Of a DNA stretch of 64,000 nt, positions 47,114 to 57,232 are shown piece after piece. Origin of the DNA: a bacterium (GTDB taxonomy: Bacteria > Hydrothermota > 32-111); the NCBI GenBank assembly GCA_046484245.1, contig JAWOBN010000081.1:320-64319 (forward strand). The letters are read 5' to 3'. Below the pieces are notes generated by a model, which had not been told where the DNA came from, did no database searches, and saw nothing but the letters and a program-made list of their open reading frames with translations. The first letter of the stretch is position 1. Every line of letters begins with the position of its first letter. A program made the translations under genes and the position numbers.

Positions 47114-48178
47114 TCAGATTATTGTGTTGACCAAATATGGTGATTCAAATGCTGTTGCAGCACCCCTGTCTTTACCCTTGACAGGAAGCAGACGCGCCGA
47201 AAGGGGTTTGGTATATCTGTCCGAGATTGCCTTGAGGTCAAGAATTATCCTATGGATATCTTCAGTGGATACATTGCCGGGCAGGGGGATCATGTCCAGG
47301 CCGCAGCCGCATACAGAAGAGTATAATATCAGCTTGTCTATATCTATATTCCCCTTTGACCAGTAATGAGCAAGCCCCCTGTCTTCAAGGACCGGGAACA
47401 TCACGCCGCAGTATCCTGCCTTTTCCACCGGAATATCACCCAGTATATCCGTGATGCCTTTTGTCAATGCAAGTGTGAGTCTGCTGCCGAAACTGCCTGT
47501 TACCTTGTCATATGAGTAGGCAATAGAGCCTGTTTCCTCAACTGAGGGATTAAGAGACATATCCATGCCCCTGTATTGAATGCCACTCTCATTCTCAAGA
47601 ACAAGACAATTCCTCTCAATGGACGAGAAAACTCTGATTAATGTTTCTTCAAGATAATTCATTTCAGTGTTTTCACTGAATGTTTTATGGAGCAGGTCTC
47701 CCCATTCAAAGCCCAATGCAAATGATAAACCGTTTCCTGCATAGGCAGCAGGGAAGAATGGTGTGAATGGCTCTATATTGATGCTTCCTGCAAAGCGGAA
47801 ATTATTCATTGAATCTTTACAGGCAAGTTCTGAAATGATTTCAGAGCACTCTTTCACATCACTCTCTGTACTGCAATTATAACTCAGTGACAGATTCTTA
47901 TTTTTATCAATGATCTCAATAATCCTTTCAGAGTGTGTATTCTTGTCATACATGCCCAAGGATATGAAGGGTATGTTATACTTGTCGCCTAATTGATTGA
48001 TACTGCCGGCACGGGCAATATGGGAAAAGTGCTGCCTGAGGGCAATGCGTACTGTCTGAATATCCAGTGGGGAGAATATATGTTCTGCCTGCTTTCTCAA
48101 TAATGCGGCTTTATGGAAAATCTCATCAAGCCCATCATATAAACTGTCAGTAAAAACAGTAATTGTCCTTATCTTCAT
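47114..48178 (-). CDS. DUF711/UPF0210-family protein (short form, 354 aa)
   Basis: N-terminal KIRTITVF and C-terminal GLDMIPLPGN...KGK blocks parallel the UPF0210 consensus (DIRTIT..., GLDMIAIP..., KGK). The ACT-like N-terminal extension is absent. Confidence 0.6.
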   Translation of the reverse strand: MKIRTITVFTDSLYDGLDEIFHKAALLRKQAEHIFSPLDIQTVRIALRQHFSHIARAGSINQLGDKYNIPFISLGMYDKNTHSERIIEIIDKNKNLSLSYNCSTESDVKECSEIISELACKDSMNNFRFAGSINIEPFTPFFPAAYAGNGLSFALGFEWGDLLHKTFSENTEMNYLEETLIRVFSSIERNCLVLENESGIQYRGMDMSLNPSVEETGSIAYSYDKVTGSFGSRLTLALTKGITDILGDIPVEKAGYCGVMFPVLEDRGLAHYWSKGNIDIDKLILYSSVCGCGLDMIPLPGNVSTEDIHRIILDLKAISDRYTKPLSARLLPVKGKDRGAATAFESPYLVNTII

Positions 48179-48214
48179 ATTGATATATTACCATAATGCA
48201 CCCCCAGGTCAATA

Positions 48215-49094
48215 TCCAAATCCCGGGTACGGTTGTTGAAAATGATGAAATAACCGATAAATATACTTTATTATTATGGTTCTTCTCCAAAAAAGTTGGT
48301 AAAATAGAGTCAGCAGAAAATATTATCAAATGGAGAATCAAGGGACGGTGGTTAACTATGTCAACTGGTTCATATATGTCCTGAATTACGATAACTTATG
48401 AATACTTTAAATTATATAAATTTTGATTTGAATGCTGTAAATCATATTATTTCAAACAATGAGTTGACATAGTTAACCACCGTCCCCAACTTTTTTAGCC
48501 TAATTTGGTTCATCTCCAATTTAGTTGACCATCTTACCGGGAACACTTGTTAGTCCTTTAATTCAATGTATTGTAAATCATAAGAACTATGGGATTTGCT
48601 TTACCTTCTTGATGTGCAGGTCAAGATTATCACAATCTCTAACAATATAGATCGCCAATCTAATTTCAACATCTGTCCTTTTGCCCTTATTTTGTCAAAA
48701 CCACCCTCCAAATCCCGGGGACGGTCCTTCACTTCTATAACTTCTATGTTTAATTATTAATTAACTTATGATACTCTATTTTCTAAATAAACTTATTATA
48801 TGACTTACGATCGCTCATTTTTGTAAAAAGTTATAGAAGTGAAGGACCGTCCCCGGGGATTGGACTGAATGTTATGTAATTGAATAAATAACAGGGTTTG
48901 GAGTATGTTCCCGGTCATTTTTCGGTTTGCTCTCAAATATTCCAAGCTTCGTCCATTGAGAGACTGTCTTTCTTTTATTCTGTATATCTTTTTACCGGCT
49001 CTTCTGGATATGAACCGGTAAGACAAAACGAAATAAAGATATGAATGTATTCAGAAAGATTCATCATTTTCAACAACCGTACCCGGGATTTGGA
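48215..49094. mobile_element. Composite MITE-like element: an 880-bp unit with perfect 35-bp terminal inverted repeats enclosing two smaller TIR-bounded elements (48342-48487 and 48707-48864)
   Basis: Outer TIR TCCAAATCCCGGGTACGGTTGTTGAAAATGATGAA at 48215-48249 and its exact reverse complement at 49060-49094. Inner element B has TIRs TCCAAATCCCGGGGACGGTCCTTCACTTCTATAACTT and a near-exact reverse complement about 85 bp away. Inner element D has TIRs GGGACGGTGGTTAACTATGTCAACT and its reverse complement about 95 bp away. No credible ORF lies inside. Confidence 0.6.
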
Positions 49095-49195
49095 AATAGT
49101 TTTAATTGCCTTCATTTTCTGACTAATAAAAAAAATTATTCATGAAACTTGACAATAAATCTCAAAGTGCTACAATCCAGAAAAAGGGGGTTAGG

Positions 49196-51895
49196 ATGAG
49201 GAAATTAATTCTTTTTATATTTATAGCAGTATATCTATTCATTCAGGGTTCTGTGTTTTCATCACTATCTGATAAACCGGACCCGAAATTTTCACCGGAC
49301 AGTGCAACAAATTATTCACTGTATGAATTCACCAACATATATCCCATTAATTCCAATATTCTGATGTACGGTTATGCGCGTATGGGAGGATCAGGCACAG
49401 ATACAACATACAATGGCACTGTTTACATTGATATCAATGAGGAGAATCCGGATAATTCCTGTTATGCGCATCTTTCAGGCATACCGAGGAATTATTTCAC
49501 GATGAGTAATGGTGAATTATTTTTCTATATCACTAATACTGAAAAAGAGGTTGTATCTGTTACTATACGTGATTCACTGGGTAATCTTAAGCCATCTTTC
49601 GGGAAGATAATTGAGTTCAAGGGTAAGGCATCTGCTCCGACAGGCATCAGTATAAAAGATGACACATTATTTGCAGTGGAATCATATACTACATATTTTA
49701 TCAGATATACAGATGACAATGACAGCATATTCTTTGATTATGCTCCGGTAATGACAGATTCAACTTTAAAGATAACAGTGCTGGATAATTCAGATTCTAC
49801 TGTGATGATATCATCTCTGGATGAATCGGGTTATGATACAATATATCCAATGATAATAAACGGGGGCTATTTTGTTCAGTTAGGGTCTTCAGCAGTGCGT
49901 GATGTTGATCTCCTTGTTGAACCTCTCCTCGGCACACATTCACTTCAGCCCGAGACACTGCACATGGAATGTCTGCCGGAATCAGAGAGTCCGACAGTAA
50001 TGGCTCTATCCTTCTCAGGCTTCAATCAGACAAGGGGAAAGGATAAAAATATACTATTGCTCAATATGGCTGAAGATGGTCCTATTTCTACCAATAATAC
50101 ATCAATCATAACCCCGACACTGTATGATCTGAGCAATTACGGGGCATCACTGACCAATACGGGCTCCATTACACTGGAATCGGGAGTAGGCCAGTTATAC
50201 ATACAGGCTGACTCAGTCAATCCGGCCATAGCATTGAAGATTGAGGATTCGGGTATTCCTGACCTTTATAAATTCAATACTTATTCATTCATTCAGTTCA
50301 AGGATATAGGTGAGGCTGTCAAAGGCGAATTGCTGCCCCAGCAGGCAGGTGTTGCAGGCGATACTGCAGGCGGGCTTGTCTTTGTCTGCGATGCTTACGG
50401 TAATGCAGATAATTCTTTCAAGGGGTTTGCCCGCATTGAACCGCAGAATGCGTCACTGGATATAATAAATGCTGATTCCGGTGTTTATGATGAAATTGCG
50501 TATATTCTCTGGGGAATGGGTGAATTCAGGATGTATTATCCGAATGCCGGAACTACATATACAAAGATGAGTGATTATGAATCTGATATGCTTTATTCAT
50601 ATTTCAGCACAAATATGTTTGATGGAATTGAGAAAAGAACAGTGTGGTTTGAAGGAACAACCTCACCTGCATCCCGTCTTCAATTGTTCCTGCCGGAGAA
50701 TAAGAGTATTGCTGTGAGGGAGAATGAGATCATTACTATTGCTGCAATGAGCAATGATTCAATATCAACTATTTACAATGATTATGTAAGTATCAGTGTG
50801 TCCGGGTCAGCAGAGTCCAACAGGGACTCCATTATGTTTGAAAACGGCATAGGGAGTTTCTTCATAAGGGACACTGTGCCTGAGAATGTAGTGATTACGG
50901 TTTCTGACGGTGCAATGAGCGATATTGACACACTTCATGTATATGATGATTCAAAGGCATCCCTCATTGCTGTTGCAGGCAAGACGGAGATGCTTGTCAA
51001 TGGGGACAATGATATGACCTTCTTTGCAATGACAAGCACTTTTGAGAATGATTCATCCTACAATGGAACAATTCATCTTATAATTGACGATACGCATGGA
51101 GACAGCATGAGTTTTACATGCCCGGGAGGCACCGGTTCCATTGCGGTTTCAGGGGGCATGGTCACCAAGATATTTACAAACAGTGAAGCAGAGAGAATCA
51201 ATATGTCCGGTTATGCTGTTTCGGGTACTGATACAATCCCTGTGGAGGAATTGTCCGTACTGTCACAGTATCAGATCTATCCTCATCCGGATACCTTGTT
51301 CAATCCTGACGGGGATACATTGTTCATGGAGATTGTGGATGCGGATTCTGTTACAGTGAATTATTCAACGCAGCTTGACCAGCTCTATGCAGAGGAAGAG
51401 AATCCCAACAGTTCATTCACTATTCATTCATCCTATAATCCCTTCTCAATAGCAAACGGGACAGCAGAACTCATTGTGTCTGACACAGAGCCGGAGATTG
51501 TGGAGCTCTACACTGAATATTATGACACACTCCTTGCTGATTATGACACTTATAAACTGCTCTATACACTTGACCCTGCCTCCGGTATCATTCCTGCAAC
51601 AGGCGGCAGTATAGATGATTATTATATAAGCAATCCCTATCCCAGCCCGTCGCCGGGTGATGTATCAATAAAATTCGGCACACCGGTAAAATCCGATGTA
51701 AGGGTCAATGTTTATGACCAGTCCGGGAGATTGATTAACAGTCTCATGGATAGGAATTTGTCACGGGGGCATTATATGGTTAAATGGCGCGGTTATGACA
51801 GTAATGGCAGTGAAGTGCCTTCAGGAACATATTTTGTCATTATAAGATTCGGTGATTCTGCTTTGAGGGATAAGAAAATAATCAGAATAAAATAA
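49196..51895 (+). CDS. Large secreted protein (about 900 aa) with a C-terminal T9SS-type (Por_Secre_tail/FlgD-Ig-like) sorting domain
   Basis: GGGGG Shine-Dalgarno sequence then ATG at 49196. Signal peptide MRKLILFIFIAVYLFIQGSVFSS. The C-terminus VRVNVYDQSGRLINSLMDRNLSRGHYMVKWRGYDSNGSEVPSGTYFVIIRFGD matches T9SS CTD/FlgD_ig. Confidence 0.65.
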   Translation: MRKLILFIFIAVYLFIQGSVFSSLSDKPDPKFSPDSATNYSLYEFTNIYPINSNILMYGYARMGGSGTDTTYNGTVYIDINEENPDNSCYAHLSGIPRNYFTMSNGELFFYITNTEKEVVSVTIRDSLGNLKPSFGKIIEFKGKASAPTGISIKDDTLFAVESYTTYFIRYTDDNDSIFFDYAPVMTDSTLKITVLDNSDSTVMISSLDESGYDTIYPMIINGGYFVQLGSSAVRDVDLLVEPLLGTHSLQPETLHMECLPESESPTVMALSFSGFNQTRGKDKNILLLNMAEDGPISTNNTSIITPTLYDLSNYGASLTNTGSITLESGVGQLYIQADSVNPAIALKIEDSGIPDLYKFNTYSFIQFKDIGEAVKGELLPQQAGVAGDTAGGLVFVCDAYGNADNSFKGFARIEPQNASLDIINADSGVYDEIAYILWGMGEFRMYYPNAGTTYTKMSDYESDMLYSYFSTNMFDGIEKRTVWFEGTTSPASRLQLFLPENKSIAVRENEIITIAAMSNDSISTIYNDYVSISVSGSAESNRDSIMFENGIGSFFIRDTVPENVVITVSDGAMSDIDTLHVYDDSKASLIAVAGKTEMLVNGDNDMTFFAMTSTFENDSSYNGTIHLIIDDTHGDSMSFTCPGGTGSIAVSGGMVTKIFTNSEAERINMSGYAVSGTDTIPVEELSVLSQYQIYPHPDTLFNPDGDTLFMEIVDADSVTVNYSTQLDQLYAEEENPNSSFTIHSSYNPFSIANGTAELIVSDTEPEIVELYTEYYDTLLADYDTYKLLYTLDPASGIIPATGGSIDDYYISNPYPSPSPGDVSIKFGTPVKSDVRVNVYDQSGRLINSLMDRNLSRGHYMVKWRGYDSNGSEVPSGTYFVIIRFGDSALRDKKIIRIK

Positions 51896-51908
51896 CAGAG
51901 GGGGAATT

Positions 51909-52376
51909 ATGCAGCTCTATATTGTAAGACACGGCAAATGTGTACCTAAAGAAAGAAACAGGAAAAAACCTCTTAGTATAGAGGGTGTGGAGGAAACTGA
52001 AAAGATCGCATGTTTCATACGTCTTCATTTTGCAGTTCAGATAAAGGCGATATATCATTCAGAAAAATTGCGGGCAAAGGAGACAGCGGAACTGTTCAGT
52101 AAATTCCTCAGTCCGGAGAAAGGGATGAAGGCATTTGATTATCTTGCGCCTGACGGGGATATCACGAAACTGGAACCCGTGCTGAAGGAGAGTCACGATA
52201 TAATGATTATCAGCCATATACCGTTCATACCCAATCTTGTCTCGGATCTTCTCTGCGGTGAGGAGAAATATGATATACTCAATATACCGGAGAGTTCCGT
52301 GATCTGCATGTCAAATGAGAATGAGAAGAATGAATGGCTTATTGAATGGCTTATTACACCGGGGATTATTCAGTAG
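51909..52376 (+). CDS. sixA: Histidine phosphatase superfamily protein (SixA-like phosphohistidine phosphatase)
   Basis: N-terminal RHG motif LYIVRHGK, SixA-like size of 155 aa, and a downstream catalytic His (ISHIP). Confidence 0.65.
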   Translation: MQLYIVRHGKCVPKERNRKKPLSIEGVEETEKIACFIRLHFAVQIKAIYHSEKLRAKETAELFSKFLSPEKGMKAFDYLAPDGDITKLEPVLKESHDIMIISHIPFIPNLVSDLLCGEEKYDILNIPESSVICMSNENEKNEWLIEWLITPGIIQ

Positions 52377-53625
52377 AACTGTCTCTCAGTTTATCTCTCA
52401 GTTTCCTGAAGTAATTGAGGCGTTTCTTCAATTGCCTCTCAAATCCTCTTTCAGGTGGTTTATAATACTCTATCTCATCCATTTCCTCAGGATAATACTT
52501 GTCGCCTGTAAAGGAATCCCTGAAATCAGGGGGATATCTGTACCCGGTTGAATATCCCATCTCCTTCATCATTTTCGTGGGTGCATTCCTAAGCTTCATG
52601 GGGACAGGGTAATCTGAGTATTTCTTTGCATCCTTCATTACTCTGTTGAAGGCATTATAGACAGCAATGGATTTGGGGGATAATGCAAGATAAACAGCGC
52701 ATTGAGCAAGAGCCAGTTCTCCTTCAGGGGACCCTAGAATGGAATAGGTTTTATATGCATTAACAGCGAGATTGAGAGCATTGGGATCAGCATTGCCTAT
52801 ATCCTCGGAGGCTATGCGTATCATTCTTCTTGCAATATACAGCGGGTCTTCTCCTCCTGACAGCATTCTGGCAAGATAAAAGAGTGAGGCATCGGGATCC
52901 GAACCTCTCACTGATTTATGAAATGCAGATATGAGATTGAAATGCTCCTCACTGCTCTTATCATACTTGATGAATTTTTCAGAGAGTATTTTCCTCAGCT
53001 CCTTCACATCGGATATACCGGGCAGCATGCTCCGGAGATTATCTACTATATTGAGTGCCTGGCGGGCATCCCTGTTTGAGAAGAGGGCAATGTATTGAAT
53101 AATGTCATCACTGAGTGATACGCCGATATGGGTAGCTGCATTCTCCACTATCTGTTTTATGTCATCCACTGAGAGCTGTTCAAATACAATGACATTGGCT
53201 CTTGAGAGCAGTGCATTGTTTATCTCAAATGAGGGGTTTTCTGTTGTGGTTCCTATAATATATATATTGCCGTTCTCAACAAAAGGAAGGAGAGCATCCT
53301 GCTGGGCTTTGTTCATTCTGTGTATTTCATCAATTATGATATATACAGACTGCCCATTTGTCTCCTCTGTGAGTTTTCTGAAGGTCTTGGTTGAGAATGA
53401 TACGCCATTGATATTCATTACAGGCAAATTGAACTGCTTTGTAATAATATTTGCTATTGTTGTTTTCCCTGAACCGGGCGGGCCGTAAAATATCAGTGAG
53501 GATGGTCTCCTGCTGTCTAATATAATTCTCAGTATGCCGTTATCACCAAGCAGATGCTTCTGTCCTATGAAATCGTCCAGTGAAGATGGCCGCATTTCCT
53601 CTGCAAGCGGTTTGTCAGAAGCCAT
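52366..53625 (-). CDS. rarA: Replication-associated recombination protein A (RarA/MgsA AAA+ ATPase)
   Basis: Walker A GPPGSGKTT, Walker B IIDEIHR and a MgsA-type C-terminal region. Length 419 aa. Confidence 0.85.
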   Translation of the reverse strand: MASDKPLAEEMRPSSLDDFIGQKHLLGDNGILRIILDSRRPSSLIFYGPPGSGKTTIANIITKQFNLPVMNINGVSFSTKTFRKLTEETNGQSVYIIIDEIHRMNKAQQDALLPFVENGNIYIIGTTTENPSFEINNALLSRANVIVFEQLSVDDIKQIVENAATHIGVSLSDDIIQYIALFSNRDARQALNIVDNLRSMLPGISDVKELRKILSEKFIKYDKSSEEHFNLISAFHKSVRGSDPDASLFYLARMLSGGEDPLYIARRMIRIASEDIGNADPNALNLAVNAYKTYSILGSPEGELALAQCAVYLALSPKSIAVYNAFNRVMKDAKKYSDYPVPMKLRNAPTKMMKEMGYSTGYRYPPDFRDSFTGDKYYPEEMDEIEYYKPPERGFERQLKKRLNYFRKLRDKLRDSSTE

Positions 53626-54253
53626 AGTCTCCCTTCAGGATAAAGACAGCAATCCGTTTGTGCGGGAAACTTCTCTTTGAAATAACAGTAGTATAACATA
53701 TATTATCGGGATGTTCGCAGTCAATGCATTCGCCTGCCTCTGTGCAGGGGGTGGAGAGTTCAAAGCGTCTGCAGTTCAGAACAGCAGCAGTGTTCTTGGC
53801 TCTTTCAATTGCACCGGCCAGATTCCCCGTGATCTTATTTGTGCCTGTTATGAGAATAACACGTCCGGGGCCGAAGGTGATTGCCCCCACACGATTGCCT
53901 CTCATGTCAATATTTACAATCTGCCCGTCGGATGAAAGACCGTTTATGCCTGCAAAGTAGATGTCAGCAGTAAGCGCTTTTCTCTCTGATGCAAGCTTTG
54001 CTTCAGGATCATCACTCTTTCTCTCAATATATGTACTGCCCTTTGATATTATGAAATCCTTCAGTCCCAGATCGGTTATTGTAGTTGAACCGCCGAAAGC
54101 AAAAGAATCATGTTCTTTCAGTTCCTTCAATATACGCTCTTTCAGGGCATCTGCAGTGTCAAAATAAACAGCATCAAAATGATGAGCATTCAAATTCTTC
54201 ACAGTTTGTTCAACTACTCTATCCAATATAGAATCCTCCTGCAATTGGGACAA
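53615..54253 (-). CDS. LUD-domain (DUF162, LutC/YkgG-like) protein with a C-terminal Cys cluster
   Basis: The LUD-like core DAVYFDTADALKE...GINGLSSDGQIVNIDMRGNRVGAITFGP. The tail C..PC.....C..C.....C carries five Cys. Confidence 0.6.
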   Translation of the reverse strand: MSQLQEDSILDRVVEQTVKNLNAHHFDAVYFDTADALKERILKELKEHDSFAFGGSTTITDLGLKDFIISKGSTYIERKSDDPEAKLASERKALTADIYFAGINGLSSDGQIVNIDMRGNRVGAITFGPGRVILITGTNKITGNLAGAIERAKNTAAVLNCRRFELSTPCTEAGECIDCEHPDNICYTTVISKRSFPHKRIAVFILKGDYGF

Positions 54254-54570
54254 TGAATAATGTTTTCATTCTTGTCTGTCTTGGATATGAATTCAGTGGG
54301 AAGCTGAGTGAAACAGCCGTAACATACACCATCAACAACCTGAGCCAATGCCCTCACTTTGTAGCGTCTGAGTATTCTGTCATATTCCTGCAGTATGCTG
54401 TTGTCAATCTTCTTCCTTATACTGTCACGTAGTTTCTCTATTTCCTTTGCCTTTGCCTGCATCCTGAATCCTATTTCCTCCTCTGTATCCTTTACTCTCT
54501 GCATCTGTAATTCACTGAGCTGTGTATCCAGATCGGATAATTGGACCAATAATGCCAATTGTTTATTCAT
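54214..54570 (-). CDS. C4-type zinc-ribbon coiled-coil protein (DUF164-like)
   Basis: N-terminal coiled coil with C-terminal CYGC...CPNC. Confidence 0.6.
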   Translation of the reverse strand: MNKQLALLVQLSDLDTQLSELQMQRVKDTEEEIGFRMQAKAKEIEKLRDSIRKKIDNSILQEYDRILRRYKVRALAQVVDGVCYGCFTQLPTEFISKTDKNENIIHCPNCRRILYWIE

Positions 54571-55034
54571 TCGCTTTCCTCCCTGTTATTTTCCAGTTCT
54601 TCTATCATTTCAATAAAATTCTCCTTTGAATCTATATCCATGAAATCATTATTCTTGGTTATCTTCCTGGATAGAGCTGCAATCCTGCCCAGCAGAATAA
54701 GGTATTGATTGGCAGTATCCAGGGGGGGAGCCATAATGAGGAAAATTATATGGACCGGTTTCCCGTCCATTGAATCGTATTCAATACCTTTTTTGCTGAC
54801 TCCTATATACAACTCCAGTTTATCAAGGACAAGGGAGCGGGCGTGCGGTATGGCAATGCCCTTGCCTATACCTGTAGTGCCCAGTACCTCTCTCTGTTTG
54901 AGTGAGTGGGAAATCAGCTTTTTCTTGTCCTCAGTAAAATCAGTTTCAGCGAGCATTTCCTCTATTGCTGAATCCTTCTTTCTGCTCTTCAGATTGAGAA
55001 TTATATTCTCCTCTTTAATAAAATCCTTTATCAT
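54567..55034 (-). CDS. ptsN: PTS EIIA-Ntr (nitrogen regulatory protein PtsN)
   Basis: EIIA fructose/Ntr-type motif GIAIPHAR containing the phosphorylatable His. Length 155 aa. Confidence 0.85.
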   Translation of the reverse strand: MIKDFIKEENIILNLKSRKKDSAIEEMLAETDFTEDKKKLISHSLKQREVLGTTGIGKGIAIPHARSLVLDKLELYIGVSKKGIEYDSMDGKPVHIIFLIMAPPLDTANQYLILLGRIAALSRKITKNNDFMDIDSKENFIEMIEELENNREESE

Positions 55035-55042
55035 AGAACCTC

Positions 55043-56125
55043 CTAAATCTTTATTGGCAGGTTAATGCTTATCTGATATGTAAGACCGCCCTGCATATAA
55101 TCATCAGGCAGTCCCTCTATTGCCATGTCTATCCTGTATTCCTCTGATGAGTAACCCAGTCCGAGGGTGAATGTGATGACTTCAAGCCCGTATATCTCCT
55201 TGAATACTGTTCCTCCCCTTATTGACGGTGAGCCTGAAAGAAGAGAGGATAAGAATGAATTGCCCGAAAAATTCCTGTAGAATGTGTATTCAATACCGCC
55301 CTTGTATATGAAGGGCATATTGCTTTTGAATATCCTGTCAATATCAAGCAATAAGACAAGACCTGCTGCAGGGAAGAATGAAACACCTGCTGTAGCTGAC
55401 AGCGGGATTATCTGGCGGTCATAATCTATTATATTACCGCCTTTACTGTCCCCGGACCAGTAAATGTGTGTCAGCAGATTCCTGACAGAAATACCGCCGG
55501 CAAAAGTCTCTCCTTTATAGAGAAATCCCAGATCCAGTCCGTATCCATTACCTGTTGATATATCGGTGAATGCGGAGTCCACAGTACCCGCAGAATCACG
55601 GTAAAGATCAGCCTGGGCAAAACTGCCTCTGACATATTTGAGATTAATGCCGAGCACAAAGGGCAGTGCATACCGTTCTGATGCACCTGAATAAGATGTC
55701 AGTGTCAGTATATATTCGTCCAGGGAAACATCCAGATCCCTTTCAATATTACTGCCCGGAATTTCCCTGTCAGCATAGGATTCACTGTAAAGGGGATGAT
55801 AGGATAATCCACCCTGAAATGTTATTATGGAGAGATACGATATATGCCTTCCGTAAACAGAGGGCTCATTGTTGATCAGTCTTGACACTGTTGCATTGGA
55901 TTCATCAGCATATGAGATATGTATAAAACCCTGACTCAGGAAAGATACTGATGCGGGATTGTAGAATGAACCTGTGATATTGCCCGGTAAACCGGTCCCT
56001 GCTCCTCCCATTGCCTTGATCCTTGCTGAGGGTAATGAAGACGGATAATCATCGGGAACAGGCGGAGTTTTTGCAAATATCAGAAGACAAACCGGGATAA
56101 ATATCAGGAAAATTATCTTTCTCAT
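55043..56125 (-). CDS. Outer-membrane beta-barrel of the FadL/PorV-like type
   Basis: Signal peptide. N-terminal ARIKAMGGAGTGL...FYNPASVSF resembles the PorV/FadL-family N-terminal motif (AR.AGMGGA...NPA). Amphipathic strands. Confidence 0.45.
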   Translation of the reverse strand: MRKIIFLIFIPVCLLIFAKTPPVPDDYPSSLPSARIKAMGGAGTGLPGNITGSFYNPASVSFLSQGFIHISYADESNATVSRLINNEPSVYGRHISYLSIITFQGGLSYHPLYSESYADREIPGSNIERDLDVSLDEYILTLTSYSGASERYALPFVLGINLKYVRGSFAQADLYRDSAGTVDSAFTDISTGNGYGLDLGFLYKGETFAGGISVRNLLTHIYWSGDSKGGNIIDYDRQIIPLSATAGVSFFPAAGLVLLLDIDRIFKSNMPFIYKGGIEYTFYRNFSGNSFLSSLLSGSPSIRGGTVFKEIYGLEVITFTLGLGYSSEEYRIDMAIEGLPDDYMQGGLTYQISINLPIKI

Positions 56126-57180
56126 CAGTACTCCTTTACTTCTTCCGAATTATTGATGATCCTGAGGACCCCCATAACCAATGCCTCAATCTCATCTTCT
56201 CCGGGATATACAGTGACAGGGGCAATAAATCGTGTATGTTCTTCAATCATATCAGTCAGTTCCGGATTGTATGCAATACCGCCGGTTATTATTATCTGGT
56301 CAACTATGCCTTTAAGCACTGCTGCCATACTGCCAATATACTTTGACACCTGATACATCATTGCACTGAGAACAAGCTCTGCCTTCTTATCGCCGTTCTT
56401 CATTCTTTCAAGTGCTTCTGGAACAGAATCCGTACCGAGATAGGAATACATGCCGCCTTTCTTCAAAAGCATTGTCTTCATTTCAGCAGGTGAGTATTTC
56501 CCCGAAAAGCAGAGTTTTGTCAATTGATTGGTAGGCAGACCTGCAGCTCTCTGGGGAGAGAACGGACCTTCCTCATTGGCATTGTTCACATCCGCCATTC
56601 TGCCTTTCCTGTGAGCAGACACTGATATGCCTGTACCAAGATGAGCAACAATGAGATCACATTCCTCATAGAGCCTGCTGTTGGCTGCTGCCCATTTTTT
56701 TGCTACCATCTTCATATTGAGTGCATGGGACAGTGATCTCCTCTTGATAAGGTCAAGTCCTGATATGCGGGAAATATCATCAAATTCATCAACAGAGACA
56801 GGATCAACTATATATGCGGGTTTGCCGGAGGCGAGCTTGTCTGCAATAAGACAGGCGATATTGGATATATGGTCAGCAAGGACATTATTCTTCAAAACAT
56901 CATCTGTCATTTTATCGGATATCTTATATGTGCCTGATTCCATCGGCTTGAAGGGCCCGCCCCTTGCCACAAAGACATCAATATCCCCCCTGTCAATATT
57001 CTGTTCTTCAAGATGTTTCTCAATCAGTTCAACACGCATATCAAGCTGGTCCATTGTCCTGCTGAATTTCTCCAGCTGGTCCATATAATGTTCTACAGAA
57101 TGCGTGAATATCTTTTTGTCATCTTCATATAATCCGATTTTTGTTGATGTTGCCCCCGGATTAATTGCAAGTATCTTCAT
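56125..57180 (-). CDS. buk: Butyrate kinase (ASKHA superfamily)
   Basis: N-terminal ILAINPGSTSTK-type motif (ILAINPGATSTKIG). Size 351 aa. The acetate/butyrate kinase fold motifs are present. Confidence 0.85.
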   Translation of the reverse strand: MKILAINPGATSTKIGLYEDDKKIFTHSVEHYMDQLEKFSRTMDQLDMRVELIEKHLEEQNIDRGDIDVFVARGGPFKPMESGTYKISDKMTDDVLKNNVLADHISNIACLIADKLASGKPAYIVDPVSVDEFDDISRISGLDLIKRRSLSHALNMKMVAKKWAAANSRLYEECDLIVAHLGTGISVSAHRKGRMADVNNANEEGPFSPQRAAGLPTNQLTKLCFSGKYSPAEMKTMLLKKGGMYSYLGTDSVPEALERMKNGDKKAELVLSAMMYQVSKYIGSMAAVLKGIVDQIIITGGIAYNPELTDMIEEHTRFIAPVTVYPGEDEIEALVMGVLRIINNSEEVKEY

Positions 57181-57232
57181 TCTATAACCCCCGTTTCATT
57201 TACAGGTTTAAAAATCAGTATAACAGTAACTA

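Noticed and set aside
48147-49026. Small ORFs (62-73 aa) inside the MITE-rich intergenic region
   Set aside because: They lie within inverted repeats, have no Shine-Dalgarno sequence and show no protein-like composition. Most likely chance ORFs in AT-rich repeats.
53102-53488. 128-aa plus-strand ORF
   Set aside because: Antisense to rarA.
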